Shown here: positions 1-8,664 of the stretch, piece by piece
How positions within the stretch are numbered: the first letter of the stretch is position 1
Layout of the letters: every line of letters begins with the position of its first letter
NCBI GenBank assembly: GCA_046484465.1
Contig: JAWOIV010000030.1
Span: 1 to 59,091 of the forward strand
Direction of reading: 5' to 3'
Origin: Gaiellaceae bacterium
Lineage (GTDB): Bacteria; Actinomycetota; Thermoleophilia; Gaiellales; Gaiellaceae
Length of the DNA stretch: 59,091 nucleotides
The notes under the pieces: model-generated
Database searches by the model: none
Seen by the model: only the letters and a program-made list of their open reading frames with translations
What the model was told of the DNA's origin: nothing
Position numbers and translations under genes: made by a program

Positions 1-2037
1 GCGAGCGCAGGCTTCTACCTGTTTGGACGGGTTCCGGGGATGGCGGCTCCGGTGGCCTTGGCACAGGTGCCCGGTGGCACGCTGGCGCCTGGAGACATCG
101 AGAAGTTCGTCACACCCATGCTCATCCCGCCCGTGATGCCGCGCACGGGGACGGTCACGCTCCGAGGCGGCACGAACGCCGACTACTACGAGATCTCGGT
201 GCGACAGTTCGAGCAGCAGATCCTCCCGGCCGGGCTCGGCAAGACGACGGTCTGGGGATACGGCGGAATCGCCGCACAGAGCAACCGCGGCCTGCTCGTC
301 CACAACGCGCCGTCCCTCACGATCGAGGCCAAGTGGAACCGGCCCGTACGCGTCAAGTGGGTCAACGAGCTCGTGGACGGCAGCGGGGACTACCTTCCAC
401 ACCTCCTGCCGGTGGACCCGACCCTCCACTGGGCCAACCCGCCCGGCGGCGTCGTCGGGCGTGACACGCGACCCGTATTCACCTCCACACCGGACCGCTA
501 CGACGGACCGGTGCCGATGGTCACCCACGTCCACGGCGCCGTCGGTGTAGGAGACGAGAGCGACGGCTACGCCGAGGCCTGGTACCTGCCGAGCGCCGGC
601 GACATCCCCGAGGATTTCGCGACCGAGGGCACGTGGTACGAGTTCTTCGCCGGGAAGGCCGCCGACGCGTACGGGGTGGAGTGGGGCCCGGGATACGCCA
701 CGTTCCAGTACCCGAACGAGAACCGCGCCTCGACGATCTGGTACCACGACCACACGCTCGGGATGACTCGCCTGAACGTCTACGCAGGCCCTGCCGGCTT
801 CTACCTCGTCCGGGGCGGGCCCGACGACAAGGTGCTCGACTCGCGGACCGGCCGTCCCGCAAGCCTGCCCGGCCCTGCGCCACGGCAGAACGACAAGTTC
901 CCGCCGAACAAGCCCTATCGCGAGATCCCGATCGCGATCCAGGACCGGTCGTTCGACGACGACGGCTCGCTCTTCTACCCGGACGCACGGGCGTTCTTCG
1001 ACGGGATCGTGGACGACTTCATCCCGGACGGGGAGTTCTCACCGATCTGGAACCCCGAGTTCTTCGGGAACACGCTCATCGTCAACGGCAACACCTGGCC
1101 GTACCTCGCGGTGGAGCAGCGGCGCTATCGCTTCCGCTTCCTCAACGGTTGCCAATCGCGGTTCCTCATCCTCCACTTCGGCGACGTTCCGGGTGCCCAG
1201 GTCTGGCAGATCGGGAACGAAGGCGGCTTCCTCGACGCTCCGGTGAACGTCGGCGCACTCGACGGAAAGCTACTGCTGGGGCCCGCGGAGCGGGCAGACG
1301 TCATCGTGGACTTCACCCACGTCCCACTCGGCAGCCACGTGCTCACGAACCTCGGCCCTGACGAGCCGTTCGGCGGCGGAGAGCCCGGAGTGGACTTCGA
1401 GCCGGCCGACTCGGCGACAACCGGCCAGGTGCTGCAGTTCCGCGTCGTGCCGAGGGTCGGGATCGACGACTCGACTCCCCCGCAGTTCCTGGGGCTCCCG
1501 CCGATCGCGCCGTTGCCGGCGGCGACGGTCACGCGACAGCTCGCGCTCATCGAGAAGATGGGCGAGGGCGTCGACGAGAACGGCGATCCCGTCGAGGGCC
1601 CGGTGGAGGCGCTCCTGGGCGTCGTGGAGTCCGGCGAAGCCGTGGCGAAGCTCTGGATGGAGCCGGTGACCGAGAATCCGGCCCTGGGCGCCACCGAGGT
1701 CTGGGAGATGTACAACACGACCGGCGACGCGCACCCGATGCACGTCCACGAGGTCGTGTTCGAGGTGGTGAACCGCGAGGGCCTCGTCCTCGACGAGGAC
1801 GAGGAGGTCGCGGAGCCGATCGAGCTCGACGGCGTCGTGACGCCGCCCGAGCCGTGGGAGACGGGCTTCAAGGACACCGTCATCGCGTACCCGGCCCAGG
1901 TGACGCGCGTGAAGGCGCAGTTCGCAAAGCCCGGCCAGTACGTCTGGCACTGCCACATCGTCGAGCACGAGGACAACGAGATGATGCGGCCGTACCGAAT
2001 CGGGCCGATGCAGCCCGGCCAGCCGGGCGAGTCGTAG
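1..2037 (+). CDS. multicopper oxidase (CotA/bilirubin-oxidase-like); 5' end probably runs off the window
   Basis: ORF 40..2037. The frame stays open to base 1 (ASAGFYLFGRVPG before the Met) and ALA|QV looks like a signal-peptide cleavage site. All four copper motifs are present: HVHG, WYHDH, HPMHVHE, HCHIVEHEDNEMM. Confidence 0.85.
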   Translation, partial: ASAGFYLFGRVPGMAAPVALAQVPGGTLAPGDIEKFVTPMLIPPVMPRTGTVTLRGGTNADYYEISVRQFEQQILPAGLGKTTVWGYGGIAAQSNRGLLVHNAPSLTIEAKWNRPVRVKWVNELVDGSGDYLPHLLPVDPTLHWANPPGGVVGRDTRPVFTSTPDRYDGPVPMVTHVHGAVGVGDESDGYAEAWYLPSAGDIPEDFATEGTWYEFFAGKAADAYGVEWGPGYATFQYPNENRASTIWYHDHTLGMTRLNVYAGPAGFYLVRGGPDDKVLDSRTGRPASLPGPAPRQNDKFPPNKPYREIPIAIQDRSFDDDGSLFYPDARAFFDGIVDDFIPDGEFSPIWNPEFFGNTLIVNGNTWPYLAVEQRRYRFRFLNGCQSRFLILHFGDVPGAQVWQIGNEGGFLDAPVNVGALDGKLLLGPAERADVIVDFTHVPLGSHVLTNLGPDEPFGGGEPGVDFEPADSATTGQVLQFRVVPRVGIDDSTPPQFLGLPPIAPLPAATVTRQLALIEKMGEGVDENGDPVEGPVEALLGVVESGEAVAKLWMEPVTENPALGATEVWEMYNTTGDAHPMHVHEVVFEVVNREGLVLDEDEEVAEPIELDGVVTPPEPWETGFKDTVIAYPAQVTRVKAQFAKPGQYVWHCHIVEHEDNEMMRPYRIGPMQPGQPGES

Positions 2038-3411
2038 TCAAGCCTGGGACGAGCTCTTCGCGGCAGCGAGAAGCTCGCCCCAGGTGCAGAGCTTCACACG
2101 TGGTCGGCCCTGCTCCTCGCCGTGCGCGCGCTCGACGGCGTCGATCCGCTCCCAGCCCCCGTAGGTGACGACCTCGACGCCCCTCTCCTCGAGCAGCGCG
2201 TCGAGCGACGCCTCGACCGACCGGCCCGGGAGCCTGCCCGACCGCGCGTCCTCCAGGAGCAGGTCGACGGTCTCGGTCGCGTCCTTCTTGTTCGTGCCGA
2301 TGACCCCGGTCGGACCGCGCTTGATCCAGCCCGCGCAGTAGAGGCCCGGGACGGGAGCGCCCGACTCGTCGCGGACCCGCCCGCCCTCGTTCGGGATCGT
2401 CCCGGAGCGCTCCTCGTAGGGGACGCCGGGAAGCCCGACTCCGTAGTAGCCGACGCTTCGGAACACGATCCCGCACGGGATCGCCTCGCGCTCCTCGGTC
2501 GGCACCGCGCGCACGCGACCCGAGTCGTCCGCCTCCAGGCTGTTGTGCACGAGCTCGACCGCCTCCACGCGCTCGTCACCGAGGATCGCGACCGGCGACA
2601 AGCGAAAGCGAAGCCGAACGGCGCGAGGCTTCCCGGAAGGCTCGCGCGACGCGAGGTCGCGCAGGATCTCGACGTTCCGCCGGACCACGTTCGAAGCGCT
2701 CTCGAGCTCGGCCTCGCTCGCGGGATCCAGCTCGAGCTCGGACGGGTCGAGGAGAACGTCCGCTCCCTCGAGGTCGCCGAGCTCCCCGAGCTCGGTCGAC
2801 GTCCATGCCGCCTGCACCGGGCCGCGGCGCCCTACCACGAGGATTTCGCTGATCCCCGACGCCACGATCGCCTCGATGGCAGCGTGCGTCGTGTCGGTGG
2901 GCGCGAGCTCGTCGCGGGTCAGCGCGAGCATCCGGGCGACGTCGAGCGCGACGTTGCCGTTGCCGATCACGACGGCGCGCTCGTGCGAGAGATCGAACTC
3001 GAGACCCTGGAAGTCGGGATGGCCGTTGTACCAGGCAACGAGCTCCGTGGCCGCCCAAGACCCCGGGAGATCCTCGCCCGGGATCCCGAGGCGCCGGTCG
3101 GTCTGTGAACCGACCGCATACAGAACGGCGTCGTAGCGCTCGGCCAGCTCGTCGTGCGTCACGTCCCGCCCCACCTCGACGTTGCCGAGGAAGCGAAACC
3201 CGGGGCGCGCGGCGATCTTCTCGAAGGCCCTGGAGACCGTCTTGAGCTGGGGATGATCCGGTGCGACGCCGAGCCTGACGAGACCCCATGGCGTGGGCAG
3301 TCGTTCGATCAGGTCGACCTCGACTGCCGGATCCTCGCTCGCCAGGAGGTGCCCGGCGGCGTAGAAGGCCGCCGGCCCGGAGCCGGCGACGGCGACGCGA
3401 AGCGAGGTCAT
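2038..3411 (-). CDS. fprA: NADPH-ferredoxin reductase, FprA type
   Basis: N-terminal VAVAGSGPAAFYAA dinucleotide fold and a second GNGNVALDVARM fold, with FprA-like length. Start moved to ATG 3411 (MTSLRVAV...), which has TACGAT 7 nt upstream. Confidence 0.85.
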   Translation of the reverse strand: MTSLRVAVAGSGPAAFYAAGHLLASEDPAVEVDLIERLPTPWGLVRLGVAPDHPQLKTVSRAFEKIAARPGFRFLGNVEVGRDVTHDELAERYDAVLYAVGSQTDRRLGIPGEDLPGSWAATELVAWYNGHPDFQGLEFDLSHERAVVIGNGNVALDVARMLALTRDELAPTDTTHAAIEAIVASGISEILVVGRRGPVQAAWTSTELGELGDLEGADVLLDPSELELDPASEAELESASNVVRRNVEILRDLASREPSGKPRAVRLRFRLSPVAILGDERVEAVELVHNSLEADDSGRVRAVPTEEREAIPCGIVFRSVGYYGVGLPGVPYEERSGTIPNEGGRVRDESGAPVPGLYCAGWIKRGPTGVIGTNKKDATETVDLLLEDARSGRLPGRSVEASLDALLEERGVEVVTYGGWERIDAVERAHGEEQGRPRVKLCTWGELLAAAKSSSQA

Positions 3412-3418
3412 GACGCCG

Positions 3419-3424
3419 ATCGTA
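3419..3424 (-). promoter_or_regulatory. -10-like hexamer TACGAT, 7 nt before fprA ATG (leaderless-type)
   Basis: TAnnnT hexamer read on the minus strand. The spacing to the start codon matches the pattern seen at about a dozen other starts in this window. Confidence 0.4.
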
Positions 3425-3430
3425 TTCGCC

Positions 3431-3450
3431 GGGCGAGGCAAGCCTCGCCC
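3431..3450 (-). terminator. intercistronic hairpin between the erpA-like gene and fprA
   Basis: GGGCGAGGC-aa-GCCTCGCCC perfect inverted repeat, 15 nt after the erpA-like stop. It overlaps REP-like motif copy 1. Confidence 0.4.
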
Positions 3451-3459
3451 CTACGGGCG
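3444..3459 (-). repeat. REP-like motif copy 1 (CGCCCGTAGGGGCGAG on the minus strand)
   Basis: Identical 16-mer to 5012..5027. A 13-nt core recurs at 35889..35901. All three copies are intergenic. Confidence 0.6.
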
Positions 3460-3464
3460 TCGTA

Positions 3465-3884
3465 CTAGTGCGAGCAGCCGGAGCCGCAGCCGCCGATCTC
3501 GGTGCCCTCGGGCAGCTCCTCGTCCTCGGCCACCTGGAACGAGTGCCCGCAGCCGCACGACGAGACGGCGTTCGGGTTGTCGATCTTGAAGCCGGACTCC
3601 TGAATCGTGTTCAGGAAGTCGATGGTCGTGCCGGCCAGGTAGGGCGCGCTGAACGGATCGACGACGACGGGCACGCCTTCGAGCTCCAGCTCGAGGTCAC
3701 CCTCGGCCGCGCCCGAGTCGAAGCCCAGCCCGTACTGGAAGCCCGAGCACCCGCCTCCCTGGATCGCGACGCGGAGAACGAGGGTCCCGGCGTCCGGCTC
3801 CTCGGCGAGGAGCTCCCGGATCTTCTCCGCCGCGACAGGCGTGAGCGTGATCAGGAGGTCGGTTGGCTGTTCGACGGTTGCCAC
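3465..3884 (-). CDS. erpA: A-type iron-sulfur cluster insertion protein (ErpA/IscA/HesB family) with an extra Cys-containing C-terminal tail
   Basis: CSGFQY...CGCGHSF signature. GTG 3884 chosen as start (VATVEQPTDLLITLTP...) because TACGAT lies 6 nt upstream. The ORF-track start at 3950 is possible but less likely. Confidence 0.8.
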   Translation of the reverse strand: MATVEQPTDLLITLTPVAAEKIRELLAEEPDAGTLVLRVAIQGGGCSGFQYGLGFDSGAAEGDLELELEGVPVVVDPFSAPYLAGTTIDFLNTIQESGFKIDNPNAVSSCGCGHSFQVAEDEELPEGTEIGGCGSGCSH

Positions 3885-3890
3885 GGGCTC

Positions 3891-3896
3891 ATCGTA
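3891..3896 (-). promoter_or_regulatory. -10-like hexamer TACGAT, 6 nt before erpA GTG (leaderless-type)
   Basis: TAnnnT hexamer on the minus strand immediately upstream of the proposed start. Confidence 0.35.
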
Positions 3897-3996
3897 GCGG
3901 ACGCGGGCGCGGGCTCCGGTGGCGGAGATTGTGACACCCGCATCGCGCATTCCACGCGGTCTCTCGGATCCCTTCGTGCCACGGAAAGGGGAGTGC

Positions 3997-4002
3997 TAGG
4001 TT
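3997..4002 (+). promoter_or_regulatory. candidate -10 (TAGGTT) of the nuo operon promoter
   Basis: Only TAnnnT hexamer in the 96-nt erpA/nuoA divergent spacer. It would give a leader of about 37 nt carrying the GGGGGGA SD. Confidence 0.25.
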
Positions 4003-4046
4003 TCGCCGCAAGACAGACGTCCGAGGTCTCCGCGGGGGGACGACCC

Positions 4047-4412
4047 GTGCTTTCGAACTGGCTGCCTTTTCTCTTCTACGCGCTCTTCGCAGCAGCGATC
4101 CCCGCGACCATGATCGTCGCGTCGTTCGTGCTCCCGAAGGCACCTGCTGCACGGACGCGCCAGAAGATGCTCCCCTTCGAGTCGGGTGTCTCCGAGGGCC
4201 CGCCTGACCAGGAGAGACGCTTCACCGTGAGCTTCTACCTCACGGCGATCCTGTTCATCCTGTTCGACATCGAGGTCGTCTTCCTGTACCCGCTCGCCGT
4301 GCAGCTCGACGCGCTCGGCTGGTTCGGCGTTGCCGAGCTCAGCGTGTTCGTCGGGATCCTCGGAGTGGCGTTCGTCTACGTCTGGCGCAAGGGCGCGTTG
4401 CGGTGGAACTGA
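4047..4412 (+). CDS. nuoA: NADH-quinone oxidoreductase subunit A
   Basis: Three-TM ND3-like sequence ([10 protein letters not shown]). GTG 4047 is in frame with ORF 3468..4412 and preceded by GGGGGGA. Confidence 0.9.
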   Translation: MLSNWLPFLFYALFAAAIPATMIVASFVLPKAPAARTRQKMLPFESGVSEGPPDQERRFTVSFYLTAILFILFDIEVVFLYPLAVQLDALGWFGVAELSVFVGILGVAFVYVWRKGALRWN

Positions 4413-5005
4413 AGCGCCAGCTGCCGGTGATCTCGGATCGCCCGCTGGCGCAGGCGGGGCTCCAGTCCGAGCGCGTGCTGTGGCCCGACAAGGGACCCGG
4501 CGTCTTCGAGCGCGAGATCGAGGAGATCGAGGACGCGCTCCTGCTCACGACCGTCGACAAGGCGGTCGCCTGGGCCCAGTCGAGCTCCATGTGGCCCGAC
4601 ACCTTCGGGCTCGCGTGCTGCGCGATCGAGATGATGTCGATCGTCTCGTCCCGCTACGACATCGCGCGCTTCGGGATGGAGCGGTTCAGCTCGTCGCCGC
4701 GCCAGGCCGACCTGCTCATCGTCTCGGGCCGAGTGGCGCACAAGATGGCGCCCGCGATCCGCCAGGTGTACGACCAGATGCTGGAGCCCAAGTGGGTGAT
4801 CGCGATGGGAGCGTGCGCGAGCTCCGGCGGGATGTTCAACAACTACACGACCCTGCAGGGGGTCGACAAGATCATCCCCGTCGACATCCACGTGCCCGGC
4901 TGCCCTCCGCGCCCCGAGGCGCTCATGGAGGGCATCGTCCGCCTGCACGAGAAGATCCGCGCGGGGGTCCCGCCGGCGTACGAGATCCGCGGGGTCGCGG
5001 AGTGA
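4403..5005 (+). CDS. nuoB: NADH-quinone oxidoreductase subunit B
   Basis: [18 protein letters not shown] and PGCPPRPE cluster-N2 motifs. Overlaps the nuoA stop. Confidence 0.95.
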   Translation: MELKRQLPVISDRPLAQAGLQSERVLWPDKGPGVFEREIEEIEDALLLTTVDKAVAWAQSSSMWPDTFGLACCAIEMMSIVSSRYDIARFGMERFSSSPRQADLLIVSGRVAHKMAPAIRQVYDQMLEPKWVIAMGACASSGGMFNNYTTLQGVDKIIPVDIHVPGCPPRPEALMEGIVRLHEKIRAGVPPAYEIRGVAE

Positions 5006-5011
5006 CTCGCC

Positions 5012-5027
5012 CGCCCGTAGGGGCGAG
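5012..5027 (+). repeat. REP-like motif copy 2 (CGCCCGTAGGGGCGAG), part of hairpin 5006..5027
   Basis: CTCGCCC-gcccgtag-GGGCGAG hairpin in the 51-nt nuoB/nuoC spacer. The 16-mer is identical to copy 1. Confidence 0.6.
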
Positions 5028-5056
5028 CCTGGCCGCGCCCCTCGAGGAGGCACTCG

Positions 5057-5608
5057 TTGGCTGAGTACGCAGGGGTTCCGGGCATCGTGGAGACACGCGA
5101 CGCCCTCGGGGAGACGACGCTCGTCGTCGACCCGGCGAGGCTCGTCGAGGCGTGCACCTGCCTCCGCAACGAGCACGGCTTCAACGTCCTGAGCGACATC
5201 GCGGCCGCCGACTACCTCGGCTGGGGCGAGCCCGGCGTGGCCGGCTACATCGGGACCGCCGACGGGCGCGACCTCCACGAGCCCGGGTCACAGGGCCACG
5301 CGCGCGTTCCCGACCCCAAGCCGAAGCGGTTCTCGGTCTCCTACCACCTCCTGCGCGTGAGCGACGACCCCGAGCGAGTGCGCGTCCAGGTCTGGCTCGA
5401 CGACGGCGAGCCGGTCGAGACCGTTACCCCCGTCTGGCCCGCGGCCGACTGGTTCGAGCGCGAAGCGTGGGACATGATGGGGATCCGCTTCGAGGGCCAC
5501 CCGAACCTCGTGCGGCTGCTCATGCCCGAGGACTGGGATGGCCATCCGCTCCGCAAGGACTACCCGGTCGGCGGCGAGCCGGTGCGCTTCTCGAGCGAGG
5601 AATCGTGA
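5057..5608 (+). CDS. nuoC: NADH-quinone oxidoreductase subunit C
   Basis: 30-kDa subunit similarity (ERE.WDM.G..F.GHP). TTG start with a GAGGAGG SD 8 nt upstream. Confidence 0.9.
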   Translation: MAEYAGVPGIVETRDALGETTLVVDPARLVEACTCLRNEHGFNVLSDIAAADYLGWGEPGVAGYIGTADGRDLHEPGSQGHARVPDPKPKRFSVSYHLLRVSDDPERVRVQVWLDDGEPVETVTPVWPAADWFEREAWDMMGIRFEGHPNLVRLLMPEDWDGHPLRKDYPVGGEPVRFSSEES

Positions 5609-6876
5609 CGAGCGTCCTTCCGTCCGCCTCGATCTACGAGGGCACCCGGATCCCGAGCCGCGTGCCGACGATCCTCGACGTCGACACGACGAAGCACGAC
5701 CTCGCGGACATCCTCACCGTCAACTTCGGGCCGAACCACCCCTCCACGCATGGCGTCCTGCGGCTCGTCGTGGAGCTCGACGGCGAGGAGGTCGCCGGGA
5801 TCCGCGCGATCATCGGATACCTCCACACCGGCTTCGAGAAGACGATGGAGCAGAAGACCTGGTGGAAGTCGATCACGTACCCCGCGAGGATCGACTATCT
5901 CTCCTTCCACTCGAACGAGCTCGAGTACGTGCTCGCGATCGAGAAGCTGCTCGGGATCGAGGTGCCGAGGCGAGCGACGTGGGCGCGGATGGCACTCGCC
6001 GAGCTGAACCGGGTTCACTCGCACCTCGTCTGGCTCGGCACGTCCGCGCTCGAGATCGGCGCGATCTCGCTCTTCTGGTACGCGTTCGACGACCGCGACC
6101 AGATCCTCGACCTCTTCGAGCTCGTCGGCGGGACGCGCTTCCACACACGCTACGTCCAGGCCGGCGGCCTCGCCGAGGATCTCCCGCCCGGCTTCACCGA
6201 CGAGGCGCGGAAGTTCTGCGACGCGATGCCGAAGTCGGTGGACGAATACGAGGCGCTCCTCGACCGGCAGAAGATCTGGCTCGAGCGGACGAAGGGCGTC
6301 GGCCTGCTCTCGGCGGCGGACGCGCTCGCGCTCGGCCAGTCGGGCCCGATCCTCCGTGCGTCGGGCGTGAGCTGGGATCTGCGGAAGCAGATGCCTTACC
6401 TCGCATACGACGAGGTCGAGTTCGACGTGCCGGTGTACGAGAACGGCGACGTGTACGACCGGTACAAGGTGCACATGGACGAGATGCGCGAGTCGGTGCG
6501 CATCGTCCGCCAGTGCCTCGACCGCCTCGACGAGATGGACGGCGAGCCCTGGATCGCGGACGACCGCAAGGTCGTCCTCCCACCGCGGCACGAGCTTCAC
6601 ACCTCGATGGAGTCGCTCATCCACCACTTCAAGATCGTCACCGAGGGCTACACGGTGCCCGAGGGCGAGGTGTACGTCGTGATCGAGTCTCCGCGGGGGG
6701 AGGCGGGCTGCTACGTCGTCTCCGACGGCGGGCCGAAGCCGTGGCGCGTGAAGTTCCGCGCACCGAGTCTCGCAGCCCTGCAAGCGACCGCGACCACCGT
6801 GCAGAACTGCCTCGTCGCCGACCTCGTCGCGGTCGCCGCCTCGCTCGACCCCGTCATGGGAGACGTCGACCGGTGA
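5605..6876 (+). CDS. nuoD: NADH-quinone oxidoreductase subunit D
   Basis: [15 protein letters not shown] and 49-kDa subunit similarity throughout. GTGA overlap with the nuoC stop. Confidence 0.95.
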   Translation: MTSVLPSASIYEGTRIPSRVPTILDVDTTKHDLADILTVNFGPNHPSTHGVLRLVVELDGEEVAGIRAIIGYLHTGFEKTMEQKTWWKSITYPARIDYLSFHSNELEYVLAIEKLLGIEVPRRATWARMALAELNRVHSHLVWLGTSALEIGAISLFWYAFDDRDQILDLFELVGGTRFHTRYVQAGGLAEDLPPGFTDEARKFCDAMPKSVDEYEALLDRQKIWLERTKGVGLLSAADALALGQSGPILRASGVSWDLRKQMPYLAYDEVEFDVPVYENGDVYDRYKVHMDEMRESVRIVRQCLDRLDEMDGEPWIADDRKVVLPPRHELHTSMESLIHHFKIVTEGYTVPEGEVYVVIESPRGEAGCYVVSDGGPKPWRVKFRAPSLAALQATATTVQNCLVADLVAVAASLDPVMGDVDR

Positions 6877-7343
6877 GCACCGCGCTCTACGAGCGGATCC
6901 GCGAGATCCGCACGCAGTACCCCGACCCGAAGTCGGCGGTGCTGCCTGCCCTACGCCTCGCGCAGGAGGAGCACGGCGGCTGGCTTCCTCCGGACGCAAT
7001 CCGCGAGGTCGCCGACTCGCTCGAGGTGACACCCGCGTACTGCGTCTCGATCGCGTCGTTCTACGACCAGTTCGAGCTCGAGCCGACCGGGAAGCGCGTG
7101 ATCGAGGTGTGCACGAACGTGTCCTGCGCGCTGGCCGGGGCGCAGCAGGTGGTCGAGGCGTTCGAGCGCGAGCTCGGTGTCGCCGCGGGAGCGACGTCGG
7201 CGGACGGCGAGTTCACGCTCGGCGCCGTCGAGTGCCTCGGCGGCTGCGGGTGGGCGACCGTCGTGGCGATCGACAACCGGCACCGCCTCCGCGTCGAGGC
7301 GGACGACGTCGCGGGAATCGTCGAGGAGCTGCGTGGTACCTGA
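6873..7343 (+). CDS. nuoE: NADH-quinone oxidoreductase subunit E
   Basis: 24-kDa 2Fe-2S subunit pattern (CTNVSC...CLGGCGWA). GTGA overlap with the nuoD stop. Confidence 0.9.
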   Translation: MSTALYERIREIRTQYPDPKSAVLPALRLAQEEHGGWLPPDAIREVADSLEVTPAYCVSIASFYDQFELEPTGKRVIEVCTNVSCALAGAQQVVEAFERELGVAAGATSADGEFTLGAVECLGGCGWATVVAIDNRHRLRVEADDVAGIVEELRGT

Positions 7344-8664
7344 GCGTCTCGAGCTCGTCTTCGCGCGAACGGACGGTGGCGCCGTCACGTCCCTCGACGA
7401 CTACGTCGCCCGCGGGGGCTTCACGGCGCTCGTGAAGGCACGCGCGTTGGCGCCGGACGACGTGATCGCGCAGATGGAGACGTCGGGGCTCCGCGGCCGA
7501 GGCGGGGCGTTCTTCCCGACCGGGCGCAAGTGGGCGTTCGTGCCGAAGCCCGACCAGCTCGACAAGCCGCACTACCTCGTCGTCAATGCGGACGAGTCCG
7601 AGCCGGGCACGTTCAAGGACCGCGAGATCATGCTCCGCGTCCCGTTCCGGTTCCTCGAGGGCTGCCTGATCGGCGCGCACGCGATCTCCTCGCAGCACGT
7701 GTTCGTGTACATCCGCGGCGAGTACGAGCGCGAGTTCGAGATCCTGCGCTCGGCGCTCGAGCAGATGCACGGGCACGGCGGCCTCCTGGGCGACGTCACC
7801 GTCGTCCTCCATCGCGGCGCGGGCGCGTATATCTGCGGCGAGGAGACGGCGCTCCTCGAATCCCTCGAGGGCAAGCGCGGCCAGCCGCGCACGAAGCCGC
7901 CGTTCCCGGCGATCGCCGGTCTCTACGCCGCGCCGACGGCGGTCAACAACGTCGAGTCGATCACGACGGTCACCGCCGTGTTCGAGCTCGGCGCGGAGGA
8001 GTACGCGAAGCTCGGCGTCGAGAACTCGTCTGGGACGCGCGTCTTCTCGCTCTCGGGAGACGTCGCGAATCCCGGGAACTACGAGCTCCCGCACGGGATC
8101 ACGCTGCGCGAGCTGATCTACGACGTCGGCGGAGGCGTTCCCAACGGGCGGAGCCTGAAGGCGATCGTCCCGGGAGGATCCTCGACGCCGATCCTCACGG
8201 CCGACGACATCGACACCGCGCTCGACTTCGACTCGCTGGTGCAGGCGGGCTCGTCGATCGGCTCCGCGGGGGTCATCGTCATCGACGACCGCTGCTGCAT
8301 GGTGCAGCTCGGGATCCGCGTCTCACAGTTCTACGAGCACGAGTCCTGCGGAAAGTGCACGCCCTGTCGCGTCGGCACGCGCTGGCTCACGCAGATCCTC
8401 CAGAAGATCGAGGACGGGCGCGCGAGCCAGGCCGACCTCGACCTCCTGCTCTCCGTCTGCGACCGGATCCTCGGCAAGTGCCTCTGTCCGCTCGGCGACT
8501 CCGACGCGATCGCGGTCGCGAGCTACGTCGCGCGGTTCCGGGACGAGTTCCAGGCGCACGTCGACCTCGGCCGGTGCCCACTCGACGGCGCGTCGTCGCT
8601 CGAGGGAATCCTGGCTCCGTCCGCGATGCACGAGCACCACGCCCCCGAGGCCACTCATGCCTGA
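7333..8664 (+). CDS. nuoF: NADH-quinone oxidoreductase subunit F
   Basis: GLRGRGGAFFPTG (FMN/NADH site) and ESCGKCTPCR (N3 cluster). GTG 7333 overlaps the nuoE end by 11 nt. Confidence 0.9.
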   Translation: MVPERLELVFARTDGGAVTSLDDYVARGGFTALVKARALAPDDVIAQMETSGLRGRGGAFFPTGRKWAFVPKPDQLDKPHYLVVNADESEPGTFKDREIMLRVPFRFLEGCLIGAHAISSQHVFVYIRGEYEREFEILRSALEQMHGHGGLLGDVTVVLHRGAGAYICGEETALLESLEGKRGQPRTKPPFPAIAGLYAAPTAVNNVESITTVTAVFELGAEEYAKLGVENSSGTRVFSLSGDVANPGNYELPHGITLRELIYDVGGGVPNGRSLKAIVPGGSSTPILTADDIDTALDFDSLVQAGSSIGSAGVIVIDDRCCMVQLGIRVSQFYEHESCGKCTPCRVGTRWLTQILQKIEDGRASQADLDLLLSVCDRILGKCLCPLGDSDAIAVASYVARFRDEFQAHVDLGRCPLDGASSLEGILAPSAMHEHHAPEATHA

